From Trichoplax sp. H2 (lineage: Eukaryota): DNA of 64,000 nt. The position numbers and the translations under genes were made by a program. Below are positions 41,001-51,826 of the stretch, piece by piece. Under the pieces are notes generated by a model. That model saw only the letters and a list, made by a program, of their open reading frames with translations, had not been told where the DNA came from and did not search any database. Each line of letters begins with the position of its first letter. Positions within the stretch are counted from its first letter, which is position 1. The DNA lies in assembly GCA_003344405.1 (NCBI GenBank), contig NOWV01000011.1:186001-250000 (forward strand). The letters are read 5' to 3'.

Positions 41001-44000
41001 TCATATTTTATGGTATGAAATCATTTAGGTATTTATAATTATTAGCTCAACATTTAATGTAATTCTGTCTATGAAAGAGATTACTTCTATCAAAATTATT
41101 ATTAATTTAATACTCTAAGCTCGGGGTTGTGACTCATATCCCTAACACCTTTACCTCGTCACAGCTAAACCCTAAACTTCTGCCACCAATGGCAATACCA
41201 GTTAATGCAACTTGATAGTACCATTTCCTAATGATGGGAGTGTAAAAGATTGGTCCAGTAAATAAGCTATGATCAATTCCACCAAAAGTCTATTTTTGTA
41301 CAGAATATAGAAAGTAATATATCATCAATTCAGAAGGATAGCTCAGTAGTTAACCTAGTATTATTTGAGAAAGCTATATCTTAAGGTATTAAGAAATAAT
41401 TTATTCATTAAAGAGACTATCTCGTATTTCAGGCGATGTAGAATAGGATAAAATACATATCTCCATTTGAAATACTAATTATTGAAATACCATCTTAACT
41501 TAAAATAGGATTAACATTATAATAGAGGCTATAGCAATTTAAATTATACTCATATCTTTATTTACCATCATTCCTCCCAAGTCGACGTCATGTAAATGAT
41601 AATTTTGAGACTGTACGATTGGTCCACATAATGTTAAAGTAAAAATATCTCGTATACCAGTTTCACGAACAAGTTGGTTAAAGACTGGTTCGACTGGGTG
41701 ATAGGGGGGCTAAGATGACCAAGTTATTAACAAAACAGGAAATGGCATTGATTAAGATCAAATGGCTACGAATGATATCAATATAAATAGATAGTAGCAC
41801 ATGTATACAGAAGATTTGTTGATAATAGTAATAAAATGATAACAATAAACTTTTAGTCTACCATAGCAATAGATGGATATGCCATGCCAAGTATGCCTTG
41901 CCAATTGGAGTAGGGTACAAAAAATCTGCCAGATCTATAAATTGCTGCAAACTGAACACGTGCTGATCCATTAATTCCAACGCCTAGTCTTAAGATGTCA
42001 GATACAAGTTCTCCATCCCAATAACCTCGAGCATAACGTACCGCGAAGGTTCGATGTAAATTTACAAAAGTCGACGATCTTTATGCCACAAGATGAGTAT
42101 TGGTTATTATGGATTTCATTTGTGTGCATAAATCAGAAGATATAACGTTATTAATAAGTATTTAATTTATTAGTTTAGGTGCTATAGCTTTAAACTGTAA
42201 TGTTTATGTTGTACTACTGCATTCTTTATTTTAGGAATGTAAAGGAAATCCATAATATCACGATTCCATTTAATAATCAGAATAGTTCATATAAAAATTC
42301 AATTTTATCACATTTAAAATGGCTAAAAAAGATAACTAAGTTGAACTGTACATTCTAGATGTTTATAATGTTGTATATTATGTGACTGAAACAGTAATAC
42401 ATTAAATAGTAGTCAAACTATATATGGCTTAGGAAGGCATAAATAAATGACGGTTAATATCATACTACAAATGGATTTGTGGTTCTTATTTTGTAGATAA
42501 ATCTACGGTGGATACTATTACTGTTCGTAATAGGGAAGAATGAAGAATCTAATGGATTTCAATTGTCAATGCGTACGATAATTAGAGTCATTTAATATTA
42601 GAATGTACGGTAGTTCAGTAATTCTTTTGATATTTTATACTTACACTAATATGAATTAGATGTATAAGACAGTAACCTAAAATGTATTAGTAATTCTTAT
42701 GAATGAAGGGCAGCTATAATTATTAATGTCCATAGTTGAGATGGAATGAAGAACCTTACTGTATTTAGTTACAAAAATAATTTTATCTTAGAAAGTAATT
42801 TTAAAATGTCGATAATTTGTATTATATAAAATTATGGTAATGTAAACTGGATTCGTAAGATTTTAGCTTAAATGTATGAAATGATTGATTTAATATAGGG
42901 TGTATTATGTAAATGATTGATAAAATCATCGTATTATAGTAGAGAAGGAATTTACTATCTTACTACTTATATCATGCATCCTTACCGATAACGAAAAGTC
43001 GTTTTAAGATGAAACAATTCTACATATTTTAAAATCTTCAACTTATATTAGCATGTTTAAGTATACAAATAAGATTATAGCTAATTGCATACAAGTAAAT
43101 TTATAAAATAATGATAGATATCATTGCTATTTTATCGTACTTCTAGAATGAAAGGAAGACATTATTGCACTAAATTATTGTTCTATATAATTACTAAGTC
43201 ATTTTATCGCAATTTACAATTGTAACCAGGAATAGAATTCCTTACTAACAGATATGAATGGGATGCTTACCATGCAGTATACTCGTATGAGTTAGAAATT
43301 GAATATAACAGATTGAACTACCTTTGGAATTGGAAAAATCGTCTTATCGCAGGATTAGGAGCTGCAGCCACAGCGAAATTACTACTACCAGTGTCGACAA
43401 TGACCCCTAGCTGAAATAAAGTAGAAATAAAAGAATTTGAATATTCTCATGAAATAAAAGCCATAAACTGGATTGTAAGTGTATAAATAATAAAATTGCA
43501 ACACAAATTGGTAAGAAATTAATTATTATCAGTAAGTTTTTTTATACTCAATCTAGAATCATATTACTCTTATTGCTACTACTTTACTCTATGATCTAAT
43601 CAAATTTCCTTATTCATATTAAAGGTTAACAAATCGCTTATAGAGGAGGTTTATTACGTTCAAATTAGCCAATGTATTCCATAATAACGTTCCTTGATCT
43701 ATTCAAAATTTCTTACTTGTTGTAATAGAAAATTAATAGAGTAGATCGAACTAAAGTTAAAGTTGATGATTTATTCTTTAAATATGAATATTTATAAACT
43801 ACAGATGATCCTCTATTGCTCAGTAGTAGAAAAATTAAATCACTTACTTTTTGAGGTGGTGAACCTAGCCAAACATGAACTACGTAACCATTACCGGGTG
43901 TTCCTGTCATGGGATCCTTAAACATTCTATTATTTAAGTTTCCATTGGCAGAAGACTGTAAATGATTTGATCGTTTTAACGGTATACGGATTAAGGATGG

Positions 44001-44120
44001 ATTACTATCGTCTATTTCATCAAATAGCGTACGAAGATAACTCGCATTGGTCAAGAAAATGAATTGCAAAAGTAGTAAGGATAAAAATATTGAATTGGAA
44101 GTCCTTTTCCTAGCAGCCAT
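38043..44120 (-). CDS. BACE: BACE-like aspartic protease, paralog C; type I membrane protein, the most canonical copy
   Basis: Signal peptide and propeptide (LIRIPLKR). Spliced exons give MTGTPGNGYVVHVWLGSPPQK|LGVIVDTGSSNFAVAAAP, flap RYARGYW, NWQGILGMAYP, TFGGID, KTIVDSGTTNFRVP, GIILGDVIMEGFTVMFDR...GFAASKCA and GPQIRGNNSC. TM is VAIVIGSVGAAIFVIGFFMVMVV and the tail ends PPEYAETE*. All six BACE1-type disulfide cysteines are present. Confidence 0.93.
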
Positions 44121-45429
44121 CTTGAATGATTTTCCTGATTTCTCTGTCTGACTGTTTGAATGATTAGTTATAAATTACACAACATATGCCGCGCCGCGTA
44201 AAGTGGCTAAATTTAACTTAATATCTAAACTATTAAGTTTTGACATTGGTATTTCTTGAATGCATAAACCAACACTACCTTAATTATTGAATATCCATAA
44301 GTCATTCTCAAAGTTCAATATTGAAATGTTTTGTATAGCAAAGCATATGTTTTTTATAAATCTATTTATTGAATACAATCAATTCTTTCATATTTAATTT
44401 ATATTTAGGGAAGGTGATCTAATAAAAATCAACATGGATTAGGAAATTGATTCAACTAAAAACTACTGAACTTGACATAGCATTACGTAATATCAAAAAC
44501 ATCACTGATTGCAAACGTATAGCAAGATAGCTTCCTAAATTAAAATCACTCTTATTTTAAGATCCTAATCTGTGTTAGAGAAATAAAATTTTTCCCTTTC
44601 CCTTCTCAAGATAGACTAATAGACTAATGTGATCGAATAACTAAGTAGTGATACAGCAGAGAATCTCAAGTGTATCGTAAACTGTAAATCTTACAATTAA
44701 AAAGGAGATTTTCTCTGAAATTCGGAATCTTGATCCTATTCAGTGTCAGTGACAATTGTCAGGTGTGATACATTTTTAAAATTTCTGTAACTCCACTTTA
44801 TTTCTTAGTAATTTAGCAGAGAATATAATCATTTCTTGTTTTAAAATGTAAGTATTATATGCACTTTAGCTATGAATATCATATTAAGTAGCAAGAAATT
44901 GAAAATAGCATCAACCTAAACATGGATAAACTGTTAATTGCAGTATCCATTTTAGTTCATATACGAGTATGATACACAAGTTTCTAATGGAATTGAATAC
45001 TAATTTTCTTCAGCATCATCTGAATAAGAAGCAGACTTAGCTACTAAACGAAATAATGTAAAGTAGATAAGAAGATAATGTTAAACGTAAAACGTTGTTT
45101 TAAACAGCTGATTTATGCTAGCTATTTAGCATTGCTTCACATAGAATGCTATCAAAGTACCTACGAATAGTCAATCTTTATGTATATATTATGAAATTGG
45201 ACAGCCATAACTAAAAAGGAGCATTCACTGCCTGTTAAAATATCTTGTACATACTTTCAGCAATTTAAGTTAGATTGAACTATATAAATACAAGCAATAA
45301 TACATAAATCTAAAGGTCAAAGAGTGCGAACCAATGCAAATAAAATATCAGTTCTGATATCAAATTCACTATTCGTGCTTAAAAGTTCTGACCTATATTT
45401 ATAGACTAGACACTATAAGTTGGTAAAAG

Positions 45430-48400
45430 CTACGAAAAATCATTTTGGTTTGCATGATCTGTATTATTCGTTTCGTTTGCATCCCAGACTTCGGCGTCAC
45501 TTTTTGCCAAATTACGAAAATGCTGAAATTGATAAAAAATATTATAATCTTTAACATGTACAGTGTTTATAAAATTTAATAAGCTGAAAGAAAGATTAAT
45601 TATTAGGGTTCGATTAGAGATGATCAAATAGATACTAACTTGTGAATTTTTGAATGCAGAATATAACGTGAAAAGGACGTGTAGAGATTCTATTTTGCTA
45701 TTGTAAACGGGGATATCCAGTAAACCTAAGAAAGTATACACTTAGTCAATTACGAATACTTCCTTGGAGAAATTATCTGAACAGCTTTGGGTATATAATA
45801 ACTGGAGTTAATTATCGACAACATACCTAAAACAATATCTACATATTGACTCAAGTCGCAATCTAAGTCAGCTGTTGGTAGCCCAACCTGTATTGTATGC
45901 CATTGAGAGGTCATGAGATTAGTTTAACAAACTAAAATCTGGCATTTTACATTCATGTCATAAAGTACAATTACTTTTTCTAGTAGTTCTTCAAATTCTG
46001 CAGGCCATTCTTGCATTAAAGATTCAACATCGGGCATATTTCTAACAAATGTATTCAGAATATAAATCACTTGTAGAATAAATAATAAAATTGTAGGAGG
46101 AAATCTCAAAACGCTATGAGAGACAAGGGTAAATCATGTAATACTATTAAGTAAAATTTAATATTATAAATTTTAAGTTAGCGCATTATGGCCATACTTT
46201 GTATAATGGACATTCGGTGGTGGTTTTTGTCTGTGCAATTCACTAATAAACGACGAAATCATTAATAAATTTTAACTTTTACATACTCTTCCAATCTTGT
46301 TTTTTATAAACTTTTAGAATTTATAAATTACCCTATACTTTGGATCCATGCATCGATAGCTTTAGAATTCTTGTCGGCATGATCAATACTTCTTATCGAC
46401 TATAATTGTTTTTGATGGTAGACAATAAATTTACATTATATTTATAAATATAAATTTAGGCATAAGTTCATTCCTTTATGTTTGTATATATGCTATAATA
46501 CTTTTAATGTACTAATTTTCAATGAAACTTATGACTATCAAAAGTTCTTACCACTGATTTCGCAGAACTCTGTTTAGAGATAGTACGCAGCTGTAAATCT
46601 AGAACTAAAAATTCCAATAAGATAAAACGAGTTGTTATCTCATCTGCCAAGTGTAAAGAAAATATTGAGGATGTAGATATGATTTAATTATGTCTTTGAT
46701 TGAAAAGTTATTTATCATACCTGTAGGATCTGATTGGTTGGCACACGGTTCATCTAGTATAGCCATTCCTAATGTGTCTGTTTTATTATCGGGACGTGGA
46801 ACCTAGTATATGCCAATATAACAATGGTCAGCAAAGAGAACATTCTTTCTTATGTGATAGAAAGATTGTTATTATGTTACCTTAATAAAAGCATCAATAT
46901 CACCAACGGCAGGAATATAATCTGGAATGAAGGGCCTAAGTTTGGTGTCCAGTTCAATCGAATGAGGCGTATACCTAAATTGTGATAGATCATAACTATG
47001 TTAAATTCCGAGATAGTTCATTTCATATATATTATTACTATACCAATTAGTATGTAGCTATTTCATTTTTGATTGTACCTTGTTATATACTGAAATAAAT
47101 CCTTGATTTCACTGTTAACAGGGAGATTAGCAAATTCAGCAGGATCGTAAGCCCTATATGCGTGATATCAATTAATACAAGCAGTCAATTCATAACCTTC
47201 ATAAGCTTTAAAGAGAAATAAAATAATCGAGGCTAGCCACGGTAATGATTTAAAATTTTATATCTCTATACCCTTCTTGTCCTTCATGGTGACTAGCATC
47301 GTTACTTTGATCTTTTTCATCATCGCTTGATACGGATTGATCATCATCGTCTTCATCAATTTCGTATCCGCCACTCTTATGTTGTTGTATTTTGGTAGCA
47401 GAATGTGTATGAGCGGAACGACTAGTTGCGCTGTGTTTATTACTACCATTATTATTACTGCTGCTATTATTAGCGTTTGCATAGCTACGCTCTAGGGGTT
47501 GAACTGGATGATTTATTTTCGGTGGTTGTGGTTGAATACCAGAGGGCTGTTGAAAAAAAAAGTTAGTTCCTTGAGCGAATAACATCATGTTAATCAGATA
47601 ATAGAAAAGTCGCTATTGAGACGAATTATTCCCTAAAATATGTTCTGTAACTATCTTTTCTAGTGAATATTGAAGCAAATAACTAAGGTAATAATTCTGT
47701 CTGAAATATAATTTTAAGATAAAATTGTTAACATTATAATTTTCTTACTTCGTCAATGCTGAACTCATCACTACTAGCTTCAGGAGACTTTGGAGGAGAA
47801 TCTCCTCGTCCTCCTCTTTTAACGCCTGCATTTCGTGGTCTTGTAGGCATACCAGGTCGGGGGCTTGGTACTTCTTCGTCATCGTTCACACTTAATGATT
47901 CGTCATAATGTTGATTGGCAACCAGATTACCCTGAAAAATAAGTTAAAAGTTACCTCCCTTATATCTAATTAGGTTGCTTTATTACGATTTTGATGTGGT
48001 GATTAACGTGCGTACGTATACTCGTACAATCTATCAAATATTGATCAAACGTGGCAGTTATTCATGATGGTTCTCAACACGAATAACCACCATAATACTC
48101 TTATCCAATCACAAGCATGATGATATATTAAATCATTCAGACTAATTATGCCAATAAAAACATTTACAGTATTCTATCTCTCCAACTACAGCCTTATGAT
48201 GGAGTAAAGGCTATCGAAGCTGTCCAGATCTTGCTTAACTGCTTGATTTACATAGGACTATTGGCCATTTTATCGAGTTCGTCAACTATGCGCAATGCTA
48301 TTCGCGACATAATAACAACTGAAAATAGTTATAAAACTGTATCATCACTCTTTAATAAAGGCCGTCGATATTCGATAGTCTATTAAGATGTAGAAAATCA

Positions 48401-48676
48401 AGAATATAGCGCAAAAATTCATATTAGGACAGGATTAACTCACAGCTCCGTGTATGAATATTACAGCGAAATTTTGGAAAATTGGCAACAGAATGCGTGT
48501 TTAAAAGGATCATGCAAGGATAAATCGATACTGGTTTGCCATTGCATTTAAGCCAAAAGAGAGCTAATAAATGTAACTTTACGATAGTTATTTTTATCTC
48601 ATACTAGAGCGTGGATAGAGTTATTTTTTCTTACTTTATCGGCATAGTCGTATTGATCAGACGGGCTGTCGGCCAT
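45430..48676 (-). CDS. IFT46: Intraflagellar transport protein 46 (IFT-B core)
   Basis: Acidic N-terminus (MADSPSDQYDYADK|GNLVANQHYDESL...). Conserved core GAYDPAEFANLPVNSEIKDLFQYITRYTPHSIELDTKLRPFIPDYIPAVGDIDAFIKVPRPD...LDEPCANQSDPT, then MPDVESLMQEWPAEFEELL and LLDIPVYNSKIESLHVLFTLYSAFKNSQHF. Confidence 0.95.
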
Positions 48677-48696
48677 TGTGATTTAGTGTAATTTCT

Positions 48697-48709
48697 GTTT
48701 CTAGGCAGC
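48697..48709. promoter_or_regulatory. X-box-like (RFX) motif GTTTCTAGGCAGC about 20 bp upstream of the IFT46 ATG
   Basis: Resembles the RFX palindrome GTTNCY(N)RGYAAC. IFT-B genes are established RFX targets in animals. Confidence 0.4.
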
Positions 48710-48934
48710 CTGAGAGCTTCATTTGAATCAACACAATTGGACAGGGGACGGAAAGACAGAGCGACAGAGTGGGGCTAAAGTAGTATCAGCTTGTTAAGCA
48801 GAGGTAATGCTGATACAGGACTTACGGTAGACTACTGAGCTATAGCATCCTACTGCTCGCAAGCGCCCAGACCGCGCTTGAATTAAGATCCGGTACTGGT
48901 ACTAGTACCGAGTTGCTCCGAAGTGAAGTCTACT

Positions 48935-48947
48935 GTAACCTAGAAAC
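48935..48947. promoter_or_regulatory. Second X-box-like motif GTAACCTAGAAAC (reverse complement GTTTCTAGGTTAC) upstream of IFT46
   Basis: Shares the GTTTCTAGG core, in inverted orientation, with the site at 48697. It lies about 260 bp upstream of the IFT46 start. Confidence 0.45.
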
Positions 48948-50070
48948 CCAATCGAGGAACAAGGGTTAGGCTGGAGTAAGCCAGTCAGGACTTCTAGTAG
49001 TCCTTAGTTTTGAGAAAGAGATTGACCATTTCGAGTCTTTCTTCTAATCCTTAGTTTACTAATGGATGTGGCAATCATCGATAGACTATGTAGCGATATA
49101 GAGTAAGATAAATACCCTGGAAGTACTTCTGTTAGGTAAACCGTGGGTGAATGTTAACGTATAATAAGTCGTGGAAGACTACTAAGAACTTTTTTCTAGT
49201 AGTCTATGCTGAGTGCCATTTGTCAAGGCCTAAATTGATCATCATCATTACATTATTATTTTTTACCTCAAGTTAGTACTGTATTGGGATACTGACTCAA
49301 TTCAACTGGAATAGTATTCCTTTTTACTATCAGATGAAAGCTATACCGATAGGGGTAAAGTAAAGGAAACGATAGATTTTCCCACTTTAGTCCAGAGTCC
49401 TACGTTTTAGAGCTTTAGAACTTTTTCATTCACTATCAAGCAGGAATATCTGAGAGTAATACTGTACATTGAACTACAGGCTTTGAGTGCGATTTATATA
49501 CGTATAGTCTACTGCATGACGTTTATTATGATGGAAATAATTCATACCAAGATCTTCATACTTAAGACGGAATAGAATTAATACGATACTTTATTAATGA
49601 TGTCTCCAATGCAACAGTTGTTGATATTAAAATAAATGATGCAAAGGATAAATTATATTGCAAGAAATATTAATGAGCTAAGTACATTGTCAATAAGTAT
49701 AACAAACTACATATCGAATATTGTGGGTATGTCATGAAAGAAGCACTATTATAATATTACAGTACGACTTAATTGACATAAGATACAATTAGTTGCAATA
49801 TAAGGAGCAGTTTGTCTATTAAATCCATTCATTTTTAGTTTAGATTTATCAAGACTACTACAATAGGCAATGAGCTACTAGTTTGCGATAATATAAAAAT
49901 GTTTGCAAAAACATGTCCTCGTTGTTAAATATGCAACCAAGTATCAGGAATGTTATAAAAAGTATCTCTTCAAATGGCAATATTATAGCATGTTACTCAT
50001 CTCATACAGTACAGAACCGATAGTACATGACAGAGAATCTTTCGAGAGATTAAGCATTTGCATAGCAATA

Positions 50071-51219
50071 TTATGTTGTCTTCATTTGCCAGAGCATTTC
50101 AACCGCTTTACATATTCCCACATCGCTATAGTTGAAATAGGCCAATCCAATAAAAGTCATAACAGAAAGAATCATGATCGCGCCTTGTGTTACTCCTACC
50201 AGAGATTTGGGTAAGTAATCTCCAATTATTCCATTAAAGCCCCTGTACAAGTAGATATGACGGGTAAACAGTCTTTTTTAATACCTACATGTAGGCATAA
50301 TGTAGGCTAATAACCTTCCGTGAGGTTAAAGTGTACTTGTAGGCAATGATAAATTTTGCATACGTATTCTACAATACTGTACATGTTAATAATAAAGACT
50401 TACCAATAAACATGAGGAGGTATTAGGATAGCCAAAGAATAGTCGACGATATTTCCAGGATATAAATAACCAGCTGGTAATGCTGCTAATAAGGCAACGG
50501 AAACAATTCTCTCAGATTTCCAGTGGCTGGAAGCAGGCGATCCTTTTTTATCTGATTTAGCTGAAGGCACGTATGATAAAACATGGTAAGATAACGGTGT
50601 ACGTACAAACAGTCATTCTATTAACATGCGGAGGCCTTACAGCCATTAATTTACTTTACATAGTATCATACAATTAATTAGATAATTGCATAATTATCAT
50701 TAAGCTCAATTACTTTAGCTTTAAACTACGCTGGCACTACTATCACTGCAGTATCTCTCGAATACAACCGTTCGTTAAGAGTACATATAATACTAGTACA
50801 ACCTAAACAAGACGATGAAGTTTGCAGCTGTTTGACATTTGAAAGACCAATCATAGCTGAGAAAAAGTGTTTAAGAAAGAATTTTATTGTTAGCCCCAAT
50901 ATCGTTATAAATTAATATCTATTAATATTCATTAATTTAGCTTTAAAGTATCCAAGAGATGAAATGTACATTTACCAGGTCTGATTTTCAGAAATGGTGA
51001 TTGATTTTGAGACAACGGGGAACTCCGAAAAATCGAAGTACGGCTTATTGTAGCTAGATAACATCAATGTTTAACGAGTAAAATGAGATTGTATCGTTCC
51101 TTATTCCAATCTAAGGCTTAAAATAGTTTTAATAACATGCGAATAATTATACAGCCTAATCACGTTGTTACGAATAGCCGATGAAACTCACCAATCCTTA
51201 AACACATACGAGCAGCCAT
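50071..51219 (-). CDS. SDHD: Succinate dehydrogenase cytochrome b small subunit (CybS)
   Basis: Start MAARMCLRI (transit-peptide-like). Later exons give ASSHWKSERIVSVALLAALPAGYLYPGNIVDYSLAILIPPHVYW|GFNGIIGDYLPKSL...TFIGLAYFNYSDVGICKAVEMLWQMKTT*, matching the SDHD HW..ER, heme-ligand His, DY and YFNY.DVGI motifs. Confidence 0.93.
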
Positions 51220-51826
51220 CTTGATTAGATGGGATGGTCGACGGGTAATCCAGTCAAATGATGCTAGTGCGCAATGCAGTCGTGTGGTGCATACAAAACG
51301 GCTACAGTCTACAGGTAATCATTGTACTGTATGCGGTACGATAGAGTAGTACAGTACAGTACTGTACACTGTACTGTACACTGTACAGTGTACAGTGCAG
51401 TACGGCGATGGCTACTGTAGTACGTTGACCGCAGTCTGTTTCCAAGTCGACAAAATTAACTCTACCATCGTCGCGTAGTCCGGTCAAATTCTTTATGACT
51501 AGTGAATGTTTAGGGCATTAGACTGATGCTGTCATGACGGGATCAATACTCATACAGAGCAAAAAGAAAAACGCTCATACACTAGTAAAGTATAGATTTT
51601 TATGACATGTTCTAGTAGCATAACTGATCTTAACTGCTAGGACGATGCTCAGGAAAATTGCACTCTGGTACAGTACATGTACTGTACAAATTGTACTGTA
51701 GTTCGAAAAAGGGCCATCGGACAAGCATCATTTTCCTCCTAAATATATCATCAATAAATAAAGGGTTAATTTAGTCGAGCATCTTGCAGACATTGATTAA
51801 GTTAGAGCAACCTTGCTGCTGCAGTG
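51220..51826. promoter_or_regulatory. Bidirectional promoter region between divergent SDHD and ZRSR2, containing a 34-bp near-perfect palindrome at 51368-51401
   Basis: The head-to-head start codons are about 600 bp apart. The palindrome ACTGTACTGTACACTGT|ACAGTGTACAGTGCAGT has one mismatch. A second TACAGT/ACTGTA cluster lies at ~51669-51700. Confidence 0.65.

Noticed and set aside
49903-50214. 103-aa + strand ORF
   Set aside because: Antisense to the last SDHD exon and its 3' UTR.
51705-51740. AAAAAGGGCC resembling the U11 snRNA 5' end, next to ZRSR2
   Set aside because: The match is limited to about 9 nt, with no U11 stem-loops or Sm site downstream.
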